In this document: positions 1-6,434 of the stretch, one piece after another | Numbering within the stretch: position 1 is the stretch's first letter | Layout of the letters: each line of letters opens with the position of its first letter | Source of the DNA: Candidatus Wukongarchaeum yapensis | Lineage (GTDB): Archaea > Asgardarchaeota > Wukongarchaeia > Wukongarchaeales > Wukongarchaeaceae | Assembly (NCBI GenBank): GCA_016840425.1 | Contig: JAEOSI010000095.1 | Span: forward strand, 1-7,980 | Direction: 5' to 3' | DNA: 7,980 nt | Position numbers and translations under genes: made by a program | Notes under the pieces: model-generated | Told to the model about the DNA's origin: nothing | The model's input: the letters and a program-made list of their open reading frames with translations, nothing else | Databases searched by the model: none

Positions 1-93
1 CATCCCTTACCCATCTCCATAAAACGTGATGAAAATACAACTGATAAAAGGCGGAACTCCTCAAAAATCCTGGCAAAATTTCCATGAGATTTA

Positions 94-1188
94 TTAAGAG
101 GTGTTTTCGCGAATTATTTGGAATTCGCAGGAGCTTTCGTTACGGGCCATACACATTGTTTCTATGGCTTTATACTTTGTTTTGTGGCATGCAGTGGCGA
201 TTATTGCGTATAAAAATTTTGGAAAATCACACAGAGGAACTTTACTTTTTTGGGGGGAAATTTCCGGTATTATAGAGTGGTCTTGAATGATTGTTCCTTC
301 TTGGCTTACCTCTTTGTATCTCGAGAGTTTTGGCGTTCCAAATCCTAAAAATCGTGTATTGCTTATTATCTTGTCTAAAACGTCTCGGGGATGAGGTTTA
401 TATCCTAGGGCTATTCGTGGGCTTTTAACTGTTTTTTGGATGTCTGGCAGAACTTCTTCAAAGAACTTTTTTTGGAGGGTTTCTAAAACGGTTTCATGGC
501 CATGTCTTTTCTCTAAAATATTGAATATTGAGACAAAAATTCTGGCATTTATTAAAAAGCAAGGGACATCGTACCAGAAATACCATCCTTCTTCGCTGGT
601 AAGGATAGAACGGTCTACCTCGCTTAATTTTATGGGAGAAGCTCTTATTTGTAGGACGGGAGAGGTTATTGGTTCTGGAGGGGGGGATTCTGTGTCTTTT
701 AATATGCTAAAAACGCAAAGGGTGTTTCGGTTTGATACACAACCAATTTCCCTACTCCTATAAGGGTTTTTATAAACGGCTTCAGAAAAGCCTGCAATAA
801 GCCCTGAGAACAGGTGGCATTCAGGCTTACCGGTTCCGCCAGCGAGATGGGCAAACAAAGAATCGGCCAAGTTTACGATCATTTTTTCCTTTGATTGTTC
901 TGCCACTTCCACCCAACCCACGCCCAGACCGCTCGTAACTTCTATCAGCTTAGAGTATAGGGCAGTTTGGTCTGCCGGAATTATGCCTAAAGCTCCGCTC
1001 CTTATCGCCTTTGAAGCGATCTTATAGCCATGAGACTTTGCCACCGTGTAAAGTAAGTCGTAACCATCTAAACTTTTGACAGTGTTTAAAAAAGCTTTAG
1101 CAGGAACCAGCAAGGCGGGGGATCCAAGCCAGAATAACCTGCTACGCGAAGGATCCCAAGCAAACCCACCACTCATTCCGTAGGCCAA
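94..1188 (-). CDS. Tandem V4R-domain protein (two XylR_N-like + V4R ligand-binding modules, no output domain), 364 aa, TTG start
   Basis: Two internal repeats of V4R signatures. Repeat 1: GLGVG...KPEC124HLFSGLIAG...RE147IGC150VSNRNTLC158VF. Repeat 2: FLGFG...PLC320D...IE343TMC346MARNESSC354EF. They are joined by a Pro-rich linker (ESPPPEPITSP). AGGAGG lies 8 nt upstream of the TTG at 1188; tandem TAA TAA stops at 96-91. Confidence 0.85.
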   Translation of the reverse strand: MAYGMSGGFAWDPSRSRLFWLGSPALLVPAKAFLNTVKSLDGYDLLYTVAKSHGYKIASKAIRSGALGIIPADQTALYSKLIEVTSGLGVGWVEVAEQSKEKMIVNLADSLFAHLAGGTGKPECHLFSGLIAGFSEAVYKNPYRSREIGCVSNRNTLCVFSILKDTESPPPEPITSPVLQIRASPIKLSEVDRSILTSEEGWYFWYDVPCFLINARIFVSIFNILEKRHGHETVLETLQKKFFEEVLPDIQKTVKSPRIALGYKPHPRDVLDKIISNTRFLGFGTPKLSRYKEVSQEGTIIQDHSIIPEISPQKSKVPLCDFPKFLYAIIATACHKTKYKAIETMCMARNESSCEFQIIRENTS

Positions 1189-1196
1189 AATAAAAT

Positions 1197-1202
1197 CCTC
1201 CT
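1197..1202 (-). promoter_or_regulatory. Shine-Dalgarno site (AGGAGG) of the V4R gene
   Basis: Minus strand reads AGGAGG-ATTTTATT-TTG (8-nt spacer), which supports TTG1188 over ATG1176. Confidence 0.75.
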
Positions 1203-1214
1203 AAAAAACAGTGG

Positions 1215-1225
1215 ATAAATAAAAA
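1215..1225 (-). promoter_or_regulatory. Possible TATA-like element upstream of the V4R gene
   Basis: Minus strand TTTTTATTTAT about 30 nt upstream of the start codon. The region is AT-rich, so specificity is low. Confidence 0.3.
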
Positions 1226-1416
1226 CTAGCTATTCTACGATTTTACTTTACTTTATTCTTAGATAATATTTCTTCAAAATGATTAAAAAAATTAACCGAG
1301 CAATTTTCTTCTCGTCATAAACCAGTTTAAACCTTGTTTAATACTATTTTTATAACGCTATATTACGGAAAAATGATTCAAAACGGTCTAAAACCATCGA
1401 AGATGATCACGCTTAA

Positions 1417-2778
1417 TTATATGAATTCTGGAGGGATAGTCTCAAAATCAATGGGCTTAACTTGTTCCTCTGTGAGAGTTTGTACAGTATTTTCATGCGT
1501 TTCTAGCGTTTCATCAACTAAAGATAAATCGGTCATGAACCAAGAATAAGTAAGGGATATTATGCCTATTACAACCAATAGTATGACGAATGTTATAATA
1601 CCGATTATCTCTGCTAGAAGCCCTGCTAGAATCATAGCAATAGGTACTGTCACGTGACCCAATGTTCTACTCACCGAGAAGACACGTCCAAGGAGTTCTG
1701 GAGGAACAACAGTCTGCCAAATAATTTTATTAGAGATTCTTACAATAGAGAGAACTACTCCGATTAAGAAAGTCCCAGCTCCCATAAACCAAAAATTCCC
1801 CTTTGGAGCAACTGCTACCATAAGAATGCCTAAATAGGCAAAAAATATTCCACTAGAAACACCTAAAACGTTTCGTTTGAAACCTTTCCAAGCTGAAATA
1901 AAAAGAGCACCAAGTATTGTACCAATTTCTTGAAGAGACAAAAGCAATGCTAAATGATGTGGTCCGCCATCATGTACTTCTATTACTATTAATGGTAATA
2001 AGATAAAAAGGGGAACTATGAAGAAATTTGCGGCTGTAAATACGGTAAGCAATGAAAGTAGTCCTTTTTTCTCTTTAATGAAAAAAAGTCCTTCCTTAAA
2101 TTCTTTTTTGAATGACGGTTTTTCTTCAACTTCCCTTTGATCTTTTTTAACCGAAGGGATTTTGACTAATATGAGGGGGATTACTGCTATTAGAAAGGTA
2201 ATTACATCTATCCATAAGATTTCGTAAATTTCCCAACGTAGAAGTTCAAGTAAAACAGCGGCTATTATTGGACCGATCAAATATATTATGCCGCCCATAA
2301 GGTAATCCAAGCTGTTTATCCGGTTTAGTTTATCTCGAGGAACCAGAAGGGGGATAATTGCTTGAACGGCAGGTTCATGAAATGCTTGAAGCGAACCTTG
2401 TAAAGCTAAAATTAATAGTATATACCAAACCTTAACAATATCTATAATAAACAAGTAAATTAAAATTAGAGCAGCTAATGACTGCAAAGAATCTACTGTA
2501 CCAATAATTTTCTTTCTACTCCATCGATCTACTAAAACGCCAGCAAAAGGTGTCAAAATTATCTTTGGTATAAAAGCTAGAAAAACAGCAAAAGAAAGGT
2601 AAAATGCACTCTTTGTTTCAATAGCAATCCACCAAATGACAGCAAAATGAGTGATGTTTGAACCTAAGATCGAGACCAATTGCCCAACCCAAAAAAAGAC
2701 ATAGCCTTTAAGATTTGGGTTAAGTAAGTTATTAGCAGCGAACTCCTCTAAATCATTAGGCTTTTCGTATTGGGTCAA
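1417..2778 (-). CDS. MFS transporter, DHA3 / Mef(A)-like family (paralog 1), 453 aa, TTG start
   Basis: About 12 hydrophobic segments; MFS motif A (GVLVDRWSRKK); DHA3-type TM1 FWVGQLVSILG, AFHEPAVQAIIPLLVP and the C-half loop VVPPELLGRVFS. AGGTGA lies 6 nt upstream of the TTG. Substrate cannot be assigned. Confidence 0.9.
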   Translation of the reverse strand: MTQYEKPNDLEEFAANNLLNPNLKGYVFFWVGQLVSILGSNITHFAVIWWIAIETKSAFYLSFAVFLAFIPKIILTPFAGVLVDRWSRKKIIGTVDSLQSLAALILIYLFIIDIVKVWYILLILALQGSLQAFHEPAVQAIIPLLVPRDKLNRINSLDYLMGGIIYLIGPIIAAVLLELLRWEIYEILWIDVITFLIAVIPLILVKIPSVKKDQREVEEKPSFKKEFKEGLFFIKEKKGLLSLLTVFTAANFFIVPLFILLPLIVIEVHDGGPHHLALLLSLQEIGTILGALFISAWKGFKRNVLGVSSGIFFAYLGILMVAVAPKGNFWFMGAGTFLIGVVLSIVRISNKIIWQTVVPPELLGRVFSVSRTLGHVTVPIAMILAGLLAEIIGIITFVILLVVIGIISLTYSWFMTDLSLVDETLETHENTVQTLTEEQVKPIDFETIPPEFI

Positions 2779-2784
2779 AGAGGT

Positions 2785-2790
2785 TCACCT
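2785..2790 (-). promoter_or_regulatory. Shine-Dalgarno site (AGGTGA) of MFS paralog 1
   Basis: Minus strand reads AGGTGA-ACCTCT-TTG; GGTGA is the typical archaeal SD core. Confidence 0.7.
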
Positions 2791-2836
2791 AAGCTGTTGG
2801 TAAGAATGCATGAAACTAATCGTACAGTATCCTAAT

Positions 2837-2848
2837 GAATAAAGCTTT
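2837..2848 (-). promoter_or_regulatory. Putative archaeal BRE/TATA promoter of MFS paralog 1
   Basis: Minus strand AAAGCTTTATTC (purine-rich BRE-like AAAG followed by TTTATT) about 60 nt upstream of the start, in the 96-bp gap between the paralogs. Confidence 0.5.
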
Positions 2849-2874
2849 AAGGTTTTAAAAATAGCCGACTTTTA

Positions 2875-4245
2875 TTACATGAAGTCAGGAATGATCGGTT
2901 CTTCTTCAAAAGGTATGGGTTTTTCTTCAGGGGGAATTTTTACTCTAGTTTCGAGTGTTGAGAGGGTTTCGTCAACTAGTTGTAAATCGGTCATAAACCA
3001 TAGATAAACAGTGGAGGCTAATCCTAATAAAGCTAAGATTGTGAGTATTTCAACAATTCCGATTATTTCTGCGAGAAAACCTGCTAAGAGCGTGGCAGGA
3101 GGTATGGAAACTACAGCTAATAATCTAAGCATTGAATATACACGACCTTGTAGGTCTGGAGGTACAACTATATGTAAGGCGGTCATAACGGTAACGTTTA
3201 CGAGTGGAAGTGATAATCCCATCAAGAACATTCCGCTCCCCATAACCCAGTAAGCACCTGCTGGAGCCAACGCAACTATTACCATACCTAAATACATAAA
3301 GCATACTGATCCAGTGATAACGAACGCTCTCCGTTCGAATCCCTTCCAAACTGACATAAAAATAGAGCCGATGATCGCGCCAGCTTGTTCAAGAGCCAGA
3401 AGGAATGCCCAATTAAAGGATCCGCCTCCGTGAATTTTTAGTACTAACAATGGCAGTAAGACCGTTAATGGGACTAGAAAGAAGTTAGCGGAGGTAAATA
3501 AAATAACCATCGAAAAGAAACCTTTTTTTTCTTTTATGAAACCAATTCCTTCCTTGAATTCTTTTGCAAATGAAGGTTTTTCTTCAACTTCTGAATGTTT
3601 AGATTTAACAGAAGGAATTATTATGAATAGTAGAGGGACAATAGCAATCAGAAATGTAACGACATCAACCCAGAGGATTTCGTGGATATCCCATTTTACA
3701 TATAATAAAGCAGCTATTACCGGGCCTGCTAAAAAAATCATCCCGATTATGAGGTGATTCAGAGCGTTTATGCGGCTGATTTTATCTTTAGGGACCATAA
3801 GAGGGACAATTGCTTGAACAGCAGGTCTATGAAAAGCATCAAATGCTCCACGTAAGGCAAAAATTGTCAAAATATGCCAAATCTCAACCAAGTCCATCAT
3901 AAACAAGTAAATTAGGACTAAAGTAGCTAAAGCTTGAAAAAAGTCTACTGTAGCTATGATTTTCTTTCTGTTCCATCGATCAACATATACACCAGCAAAC
4001 GGAGTTAAAACTAACATTGGGCCAAACCAGAGAAAAAACATCAATCCAAGAATAACCGAACTCTCTTTTTCAATTGTGGCCCACCAAATGATCGCAAATT
4101 GGACGATTTCTGAGCCTAAGATCGAGACCAACTGCCCAACCCAAAAAACTATAAAACCTCTGAAATTTGGTTCAGGCAGGTTATTATTGATGTACGCTAT
4201 TGAATCATTGGGATTTTGGGATTTTGCCATTGATCTATCCGCCAA
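2875..4245 (-). CDS. MFS transporter, DHA3 / Mef(A)-like family (paralog 2), 456 aa from TTG4245; true start may be ATG4230 (451 aa)
   Basis: Motif A (GVYVDRWNRKK), FWVGQLVSILG, LRGAFDAFHRPAVQAIVP, VVPPDLQGRVYS. Colinear with paralog 1 along its whole length (35/60 identical in the TM1-TM2 segment I counted). The alignment MAKSQNPND vs MTQYEKPND puts paralog 1 Met1 at Met6, favouring ATG4230. Confidence 0.9.
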   Translation of the reverse strand: MADRSMAKSQNPNDSIAYINNNLPEPNFRGFIVFWVGQLVSILGSEIVQFAIIWWATIEKESSVILGLMFFLWFGPMLVLTPFAGVYVDRWNRKKIIATVDFFQALATLVLIYLFMMDLVEIWHILTIFALRGAFDAFHRPAVQAIVPLMVPKDKISRINALNHLIIGMIFLAGPVIAALLYVKWDIHEILWVDVVTFLIAIVPLLFIIIPSVKSKHSEVEEKPSFAKEFKEGIGFIKEKKGFFSMVILFTSANFFLVPLTVLLPLLVLKIHGGGSFNWAFLLALEQAGAIIGSIFMSVWKGFERRAFVITGSVCFMYLGMVIVALAPAGAYWVMGSGMFLMGLSLPLVNVTVMTALHIVVPPDLQGRVYSMLRLLAVVSIPPATLLAGFLAEIIGIVEILTILALLGLASTVYLWFMTDLQLVDETLSTLETRVKIPPEEKPIPFEEEPIIPDFM

Positions 4246-4440
4246 ATTAATTAATGATTTAGTAATAGAGCGATTGAATGTTTGTTCTGAACCATAATAT
4301 CCTAATTTAACTATTTATTTGATGGAAAATTAAAAATTATCAAAACTTATACTCCAGTAGGGGGGATTTCTCTCTCCTAAGTTATTTACGCAAGATTTGT
4401 ATTTAAACACCCCTCTCATACACATCAGTATCAGTTCATT

Positions 4441-5619
4441 TCATGCTTTACGGATTTCTAAAATTTCGTCTAGCACTTCTAAGACGCGTTCTAGTTGTTC
4501 TTTTTGGATTATTAGTGGTGGAAGCATTCTGAGGGTTGTTATACCCGCTGTTAATAGGAGAACTTGTTTTTTCAGGGCTTTGAGGACGTACTCTTCTGCT
4601 TTAAAGCGCAGGTCTATGCCGATCATTAATCCTTTACCCCTTATTTCTCGTACCGCTTTTTTCCCTAATTCGTTTAGCCTTTCCATAAACCATGTGCCAA
4701 GTTCTGCTGCCCGTTCTGGTAGTTTCTCTTCAGTTATCACGTTTATGGCGGCTATGGCAGCTGCAGAGGCTAGGGGGTTCCCGCCGAAGGTTGAACCGTG
4801 TTCTAATTTTTCCATTTTGTTCGCTATTTCCTCAGAGGTTATTGTGGCTCCCATCGGGAATCCGCCAGCTATCCCTTTTCCAAGGCATAGGATGTCAGGA
4901 ATGACTCCCCAGTGTTGGAAAGCGAACATTTTTCCAGTGCGCCCCATTCCTGTCTGTACTTCATCAAGGATGAGTAGGGTCCCTGTTTCAAAGCATCGAT
5001 CCTTTACTTTTTTGAGGTAGCCTTCCGGGGCTACGAAAACTCCTGATTCTCCCTGAATGGGTTCAAAGATTACACCAGCCGTTTTCTCAGTGATATTATC
5101 GAGCTCTTCTTCGCTGCCAAATTTTATGTGGTGGAAGTCGGGTATTAGGGGTTCGAAGGGTTTTTTGTATTTCGGGTTCCATGTAGCGGTTAAAGCTCCC
5201 ATAGTTCGGCCGTGAAATCCTTTTTTTGCCGCGATTATTTGGGTTCTTCCTGTGGCTTTTCTCGCGATTTTAAGGGCGCATTCTACGGCTTCCGTACCGG
5301 AATTTGAAAGGAATGAGGGGGATAGAGGAAGGGGAACTATGCTTGCTAGTAGTTCAAAAAGGTCTCCCCTAACATCGTTATGAAGGGCGTTAGAGCAAAC
5401 GATTAATCTTTTAGTTTGGTTGCAGATGGCTTGAACGATTTTCGGGTGACTATGACCCACAATAGCGACGCCGTGACCACCAAGACAGTCAATATAGGGT
5501 GTTCCTTCCCTATCATATACTATGGCTTCTTTTCCTCTAACAATTTCTATGGGCCTTCGTGCAAAAAACGGTATGGAGTATAGGTCGTCTTTCGGTTTTT
5601 CATCGTTTTCTTCGGTCAT
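4441..5619 (-). CDS. lysJ: [LysW]-aminoadipate-semialdehyde/[LysW]-glutamate-semialdehyde transaminase (class III PLP aminotransferase), 392 aa
   Basis: Class III motifs SNSGTEAVE, FHGRTMG, EPIQGESG, DEVQTGMGRTG, PLP-lysine in LGK248GIAGG and HGSTFGGNPLA. The ATWNPKY segment resembles LysJ rather than ArgD, and the gene overlaps lysZ. Confidence 0.82.
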   Translation of the reverse strand: MTEENDEKPKDDLYSIPFFARRPIEIVRGKEAIVYDREGTPYIDCLGGHGVAIVGHSHPKIVQAICNQTKRLIVCSNALHNDVRGDLFELLASIVPLPLSPSFLSNSGTEAVECALKIARKATGRTQIIAAKKGFHGRTMGALTATWNPKYKKPFEPLIPDFHHIKFGSEEELDNITEKTAGVIFEPIQGESGVFVAPEGYLKKVKDRCFETGTLLILDEVQTGMGRTGKMFAFQHWGVIPDILCLGKGIAGGFPMGATITSEEIANKMEKLEHGSTFGGNPLASAAAIAAINVITEEKLPERAAELGTWFMERLNELGKKAVREIRGKGLMIGIDLRFKAEEYVLKALKKQVLLLTAGITTLRMLPPLIIQKEQLERVLEVLDEILEIRKA

Positions 5620-6377
5620 CTTATCACCCTCGTTCCAGTAGGCTGGGAAATAGGGTTTTCTTTTTTCCCTGAAGATATTATTACTTCTTTAACGCCTCCT
5701 TCTAAAGCTTCTTTAGCCGCTAAAAGTTTCTTTTTCATCCCCGCCCCTACCTCATCAATATATTCATCAAGTTCATAAAGTTTTATTTTTGGGACAATAT
5801 CCCCCTTTATGAGCACGCCTTCAACGTCTGTTAAAATTAAGAGTTTTTCTGCACCCGTTTCTACCGCGACTTTTGCTGCAGAACGATCTCCGTCTACATT
5901 TAAAGCTACGCCCTCACCGTAAGCTACTGAAGCTATAACAGGCACATAGCCGTTAGACACTAAGAGCTTTAATAGTTCGGTGTTAACGCCGATAACGTTT
6001 CCTGAGAAATCCTCGACTCTCACTACTTTTTCACCAATTTTTGCTAACACTCCCTTTTTTCTTTGAGCTTTCAAAACTTCTCCGTCTATGCCTGAAAAAC
6101 CAACAGCTTTATGACCTTTCGACAACAAGCCTATGACAAGTTTCTTATTGATTAAACCACTTAAAACCATCGTAAAGATTTCTAAGGTCTTCTCGTCAGT
6201 ATGCCTACTCTTAAAACCTGAAGGCGAAACGATAAACTCTTGCTTAACTCCTAATTTCTCACCAATCTCTGTAACCTTTTTAGCTCCACCATGGACTAAT
6301 ATATCGCCAATCCAGTCATCATAGAAGTTTTCGAGATCTTCCTCAAGCAGAGAACCGCCAATCTTAATCACTAACAT
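5616..6377 (-). CDS. lysZ: [LysW]-aminoadipate/[LysW]-glutamate kinase (amino acid kinase family), 253 aa
   Basis: MLVIKIGG start, LVHGG, LNVDGD, LTDVEGVL and GAGMKKKL. The SPSGFKSRHTD...FTMV..GLINKKLV and SGIDG...AQRKK segments match the LysZ type rather than classical ArgB. The TGA stop overlaps the lysJ ATG (ATGA, 5619-5616). Confidence 0.88.
   Translation of the reverse strand: MLVIKIGGSLLEEDLENFYDDWIGDILVHGGAKKVTEIGEKLGVKQEFIVSPSGFKSRHTDEKTLEIFTMVLSGLINKKLVIGLLSKGHKAVGFSGIDGEVLKAQRKKGVLAKIGEKVVRVEDFSGNVIGVNTELLKLLVSNGYVPVIASVAYGEGVALNVDGDRSAAKVAVETGAEKLLILTDVEGVLIKGDIVPKIKLYELDEYIDEVGAGMKKKLLAAKEALEGGVKEVIISSGKKENPISQPTGTRVIR
5624..5629 (-). promoter_or_regulatory. SD site (GGGTGA) for lysJ inside the 3' end of lysZ; translational coupling
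   Basis: Minus strand reads AGGGTGATAAG-ATG, with the ATGA stop/start overlap. Confidence 0.55.
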
Positions 6378-6434
6378 TTAATAATAACACCACCAACCGA
6401 AAAATAAAGCAAGGGTTATTTAAATTTTTATAAG
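6378..6434. promoter_or_regulatory. Divergent lysZ/lysK promoter region (57 bp)
   Basis: Head-to-head starts at 6377 (-) and 6435 (+). The AT-rich core TTATTTAAATTTTTATAA reads as TATA-like on both strands. SD-like GGTGGTG on the minus strand before lysZ. Confidence 0.6.

Noticed and set aside
1-87. Edge fragment: plus frame 1 is open to TGA at 85-87 (HPLPISIKRDENTTDKRRNSSKILAKFP*); a minus-strand ATG85 frame is also open off the edge (MEILPGFLRSSAFYQLYFHHVLWRWVRD)
   Set aside because: Too short to choose between a convergent 3' end and a co-directional 5' start. HPLP recalls the carbamoyltransferase HxLP motif, but the following residues do not fit and the frame stops too soon.
84-763. Plus-strand ORFs 84-275, 101-286 and 440-763
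   Set aside because: Antisense to the well-supported V4R gene, with no motifs; shadow ORFs.
1334-1549. Plus-strand 71-aa ORF
   Set aside because: Overlaps the 3' end of MFS paralog 1 antisense; no SD or recognisable motif.
1417-4245. Calling the transporters mefA macrolide-resistance genes
   Set aside because: Only family-level similarity is visible; no basis for substrate or gene symbol.
3011-4297. ORFs 3011-3253, 3125-3349, 3536-3757 and 3956-4297
   Set aside because: All lie within or antisense to MFS paralog 2; their composition reflects the opposite-strand codon pattern.
4330-4425. 31-codon minus-strand ORF after lysJ (MCMRGVFKYKSCVNNLGERNPPYWSISFDNF), examined as a possible hidden lysW or leader peptide
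   Set aside because: No CxxC pairs, not acidic, no EDWGE terminus, far shorter than LysW, no clear SD and no Lys/Arg codon run.
1189-4440. Lower apparent GC in the MFS region suggesting horizontal acquisition
   Set aside because: Judged from a few spot counts only; Ile/Leu/Phe-rich membrane proteins and intergenic DNA are AT-rich anyway, and no integrase, transposase, tRNA or terminal repeats are seen.
4397-5020. 207-aa plus-strand ORF (and 4692-4904)
   Set aside because: Antisense to lysJ and Ser-rich, typical of a shadow frame; no domain features.
6395-6417. AACC...GGTT inverted 4-mers in the lysZ/lysK spacer as a LysM/Lrp operator
   Set aside because: Arms of only 4 bp with a 15-nt spacer; not distinguishable from chance.
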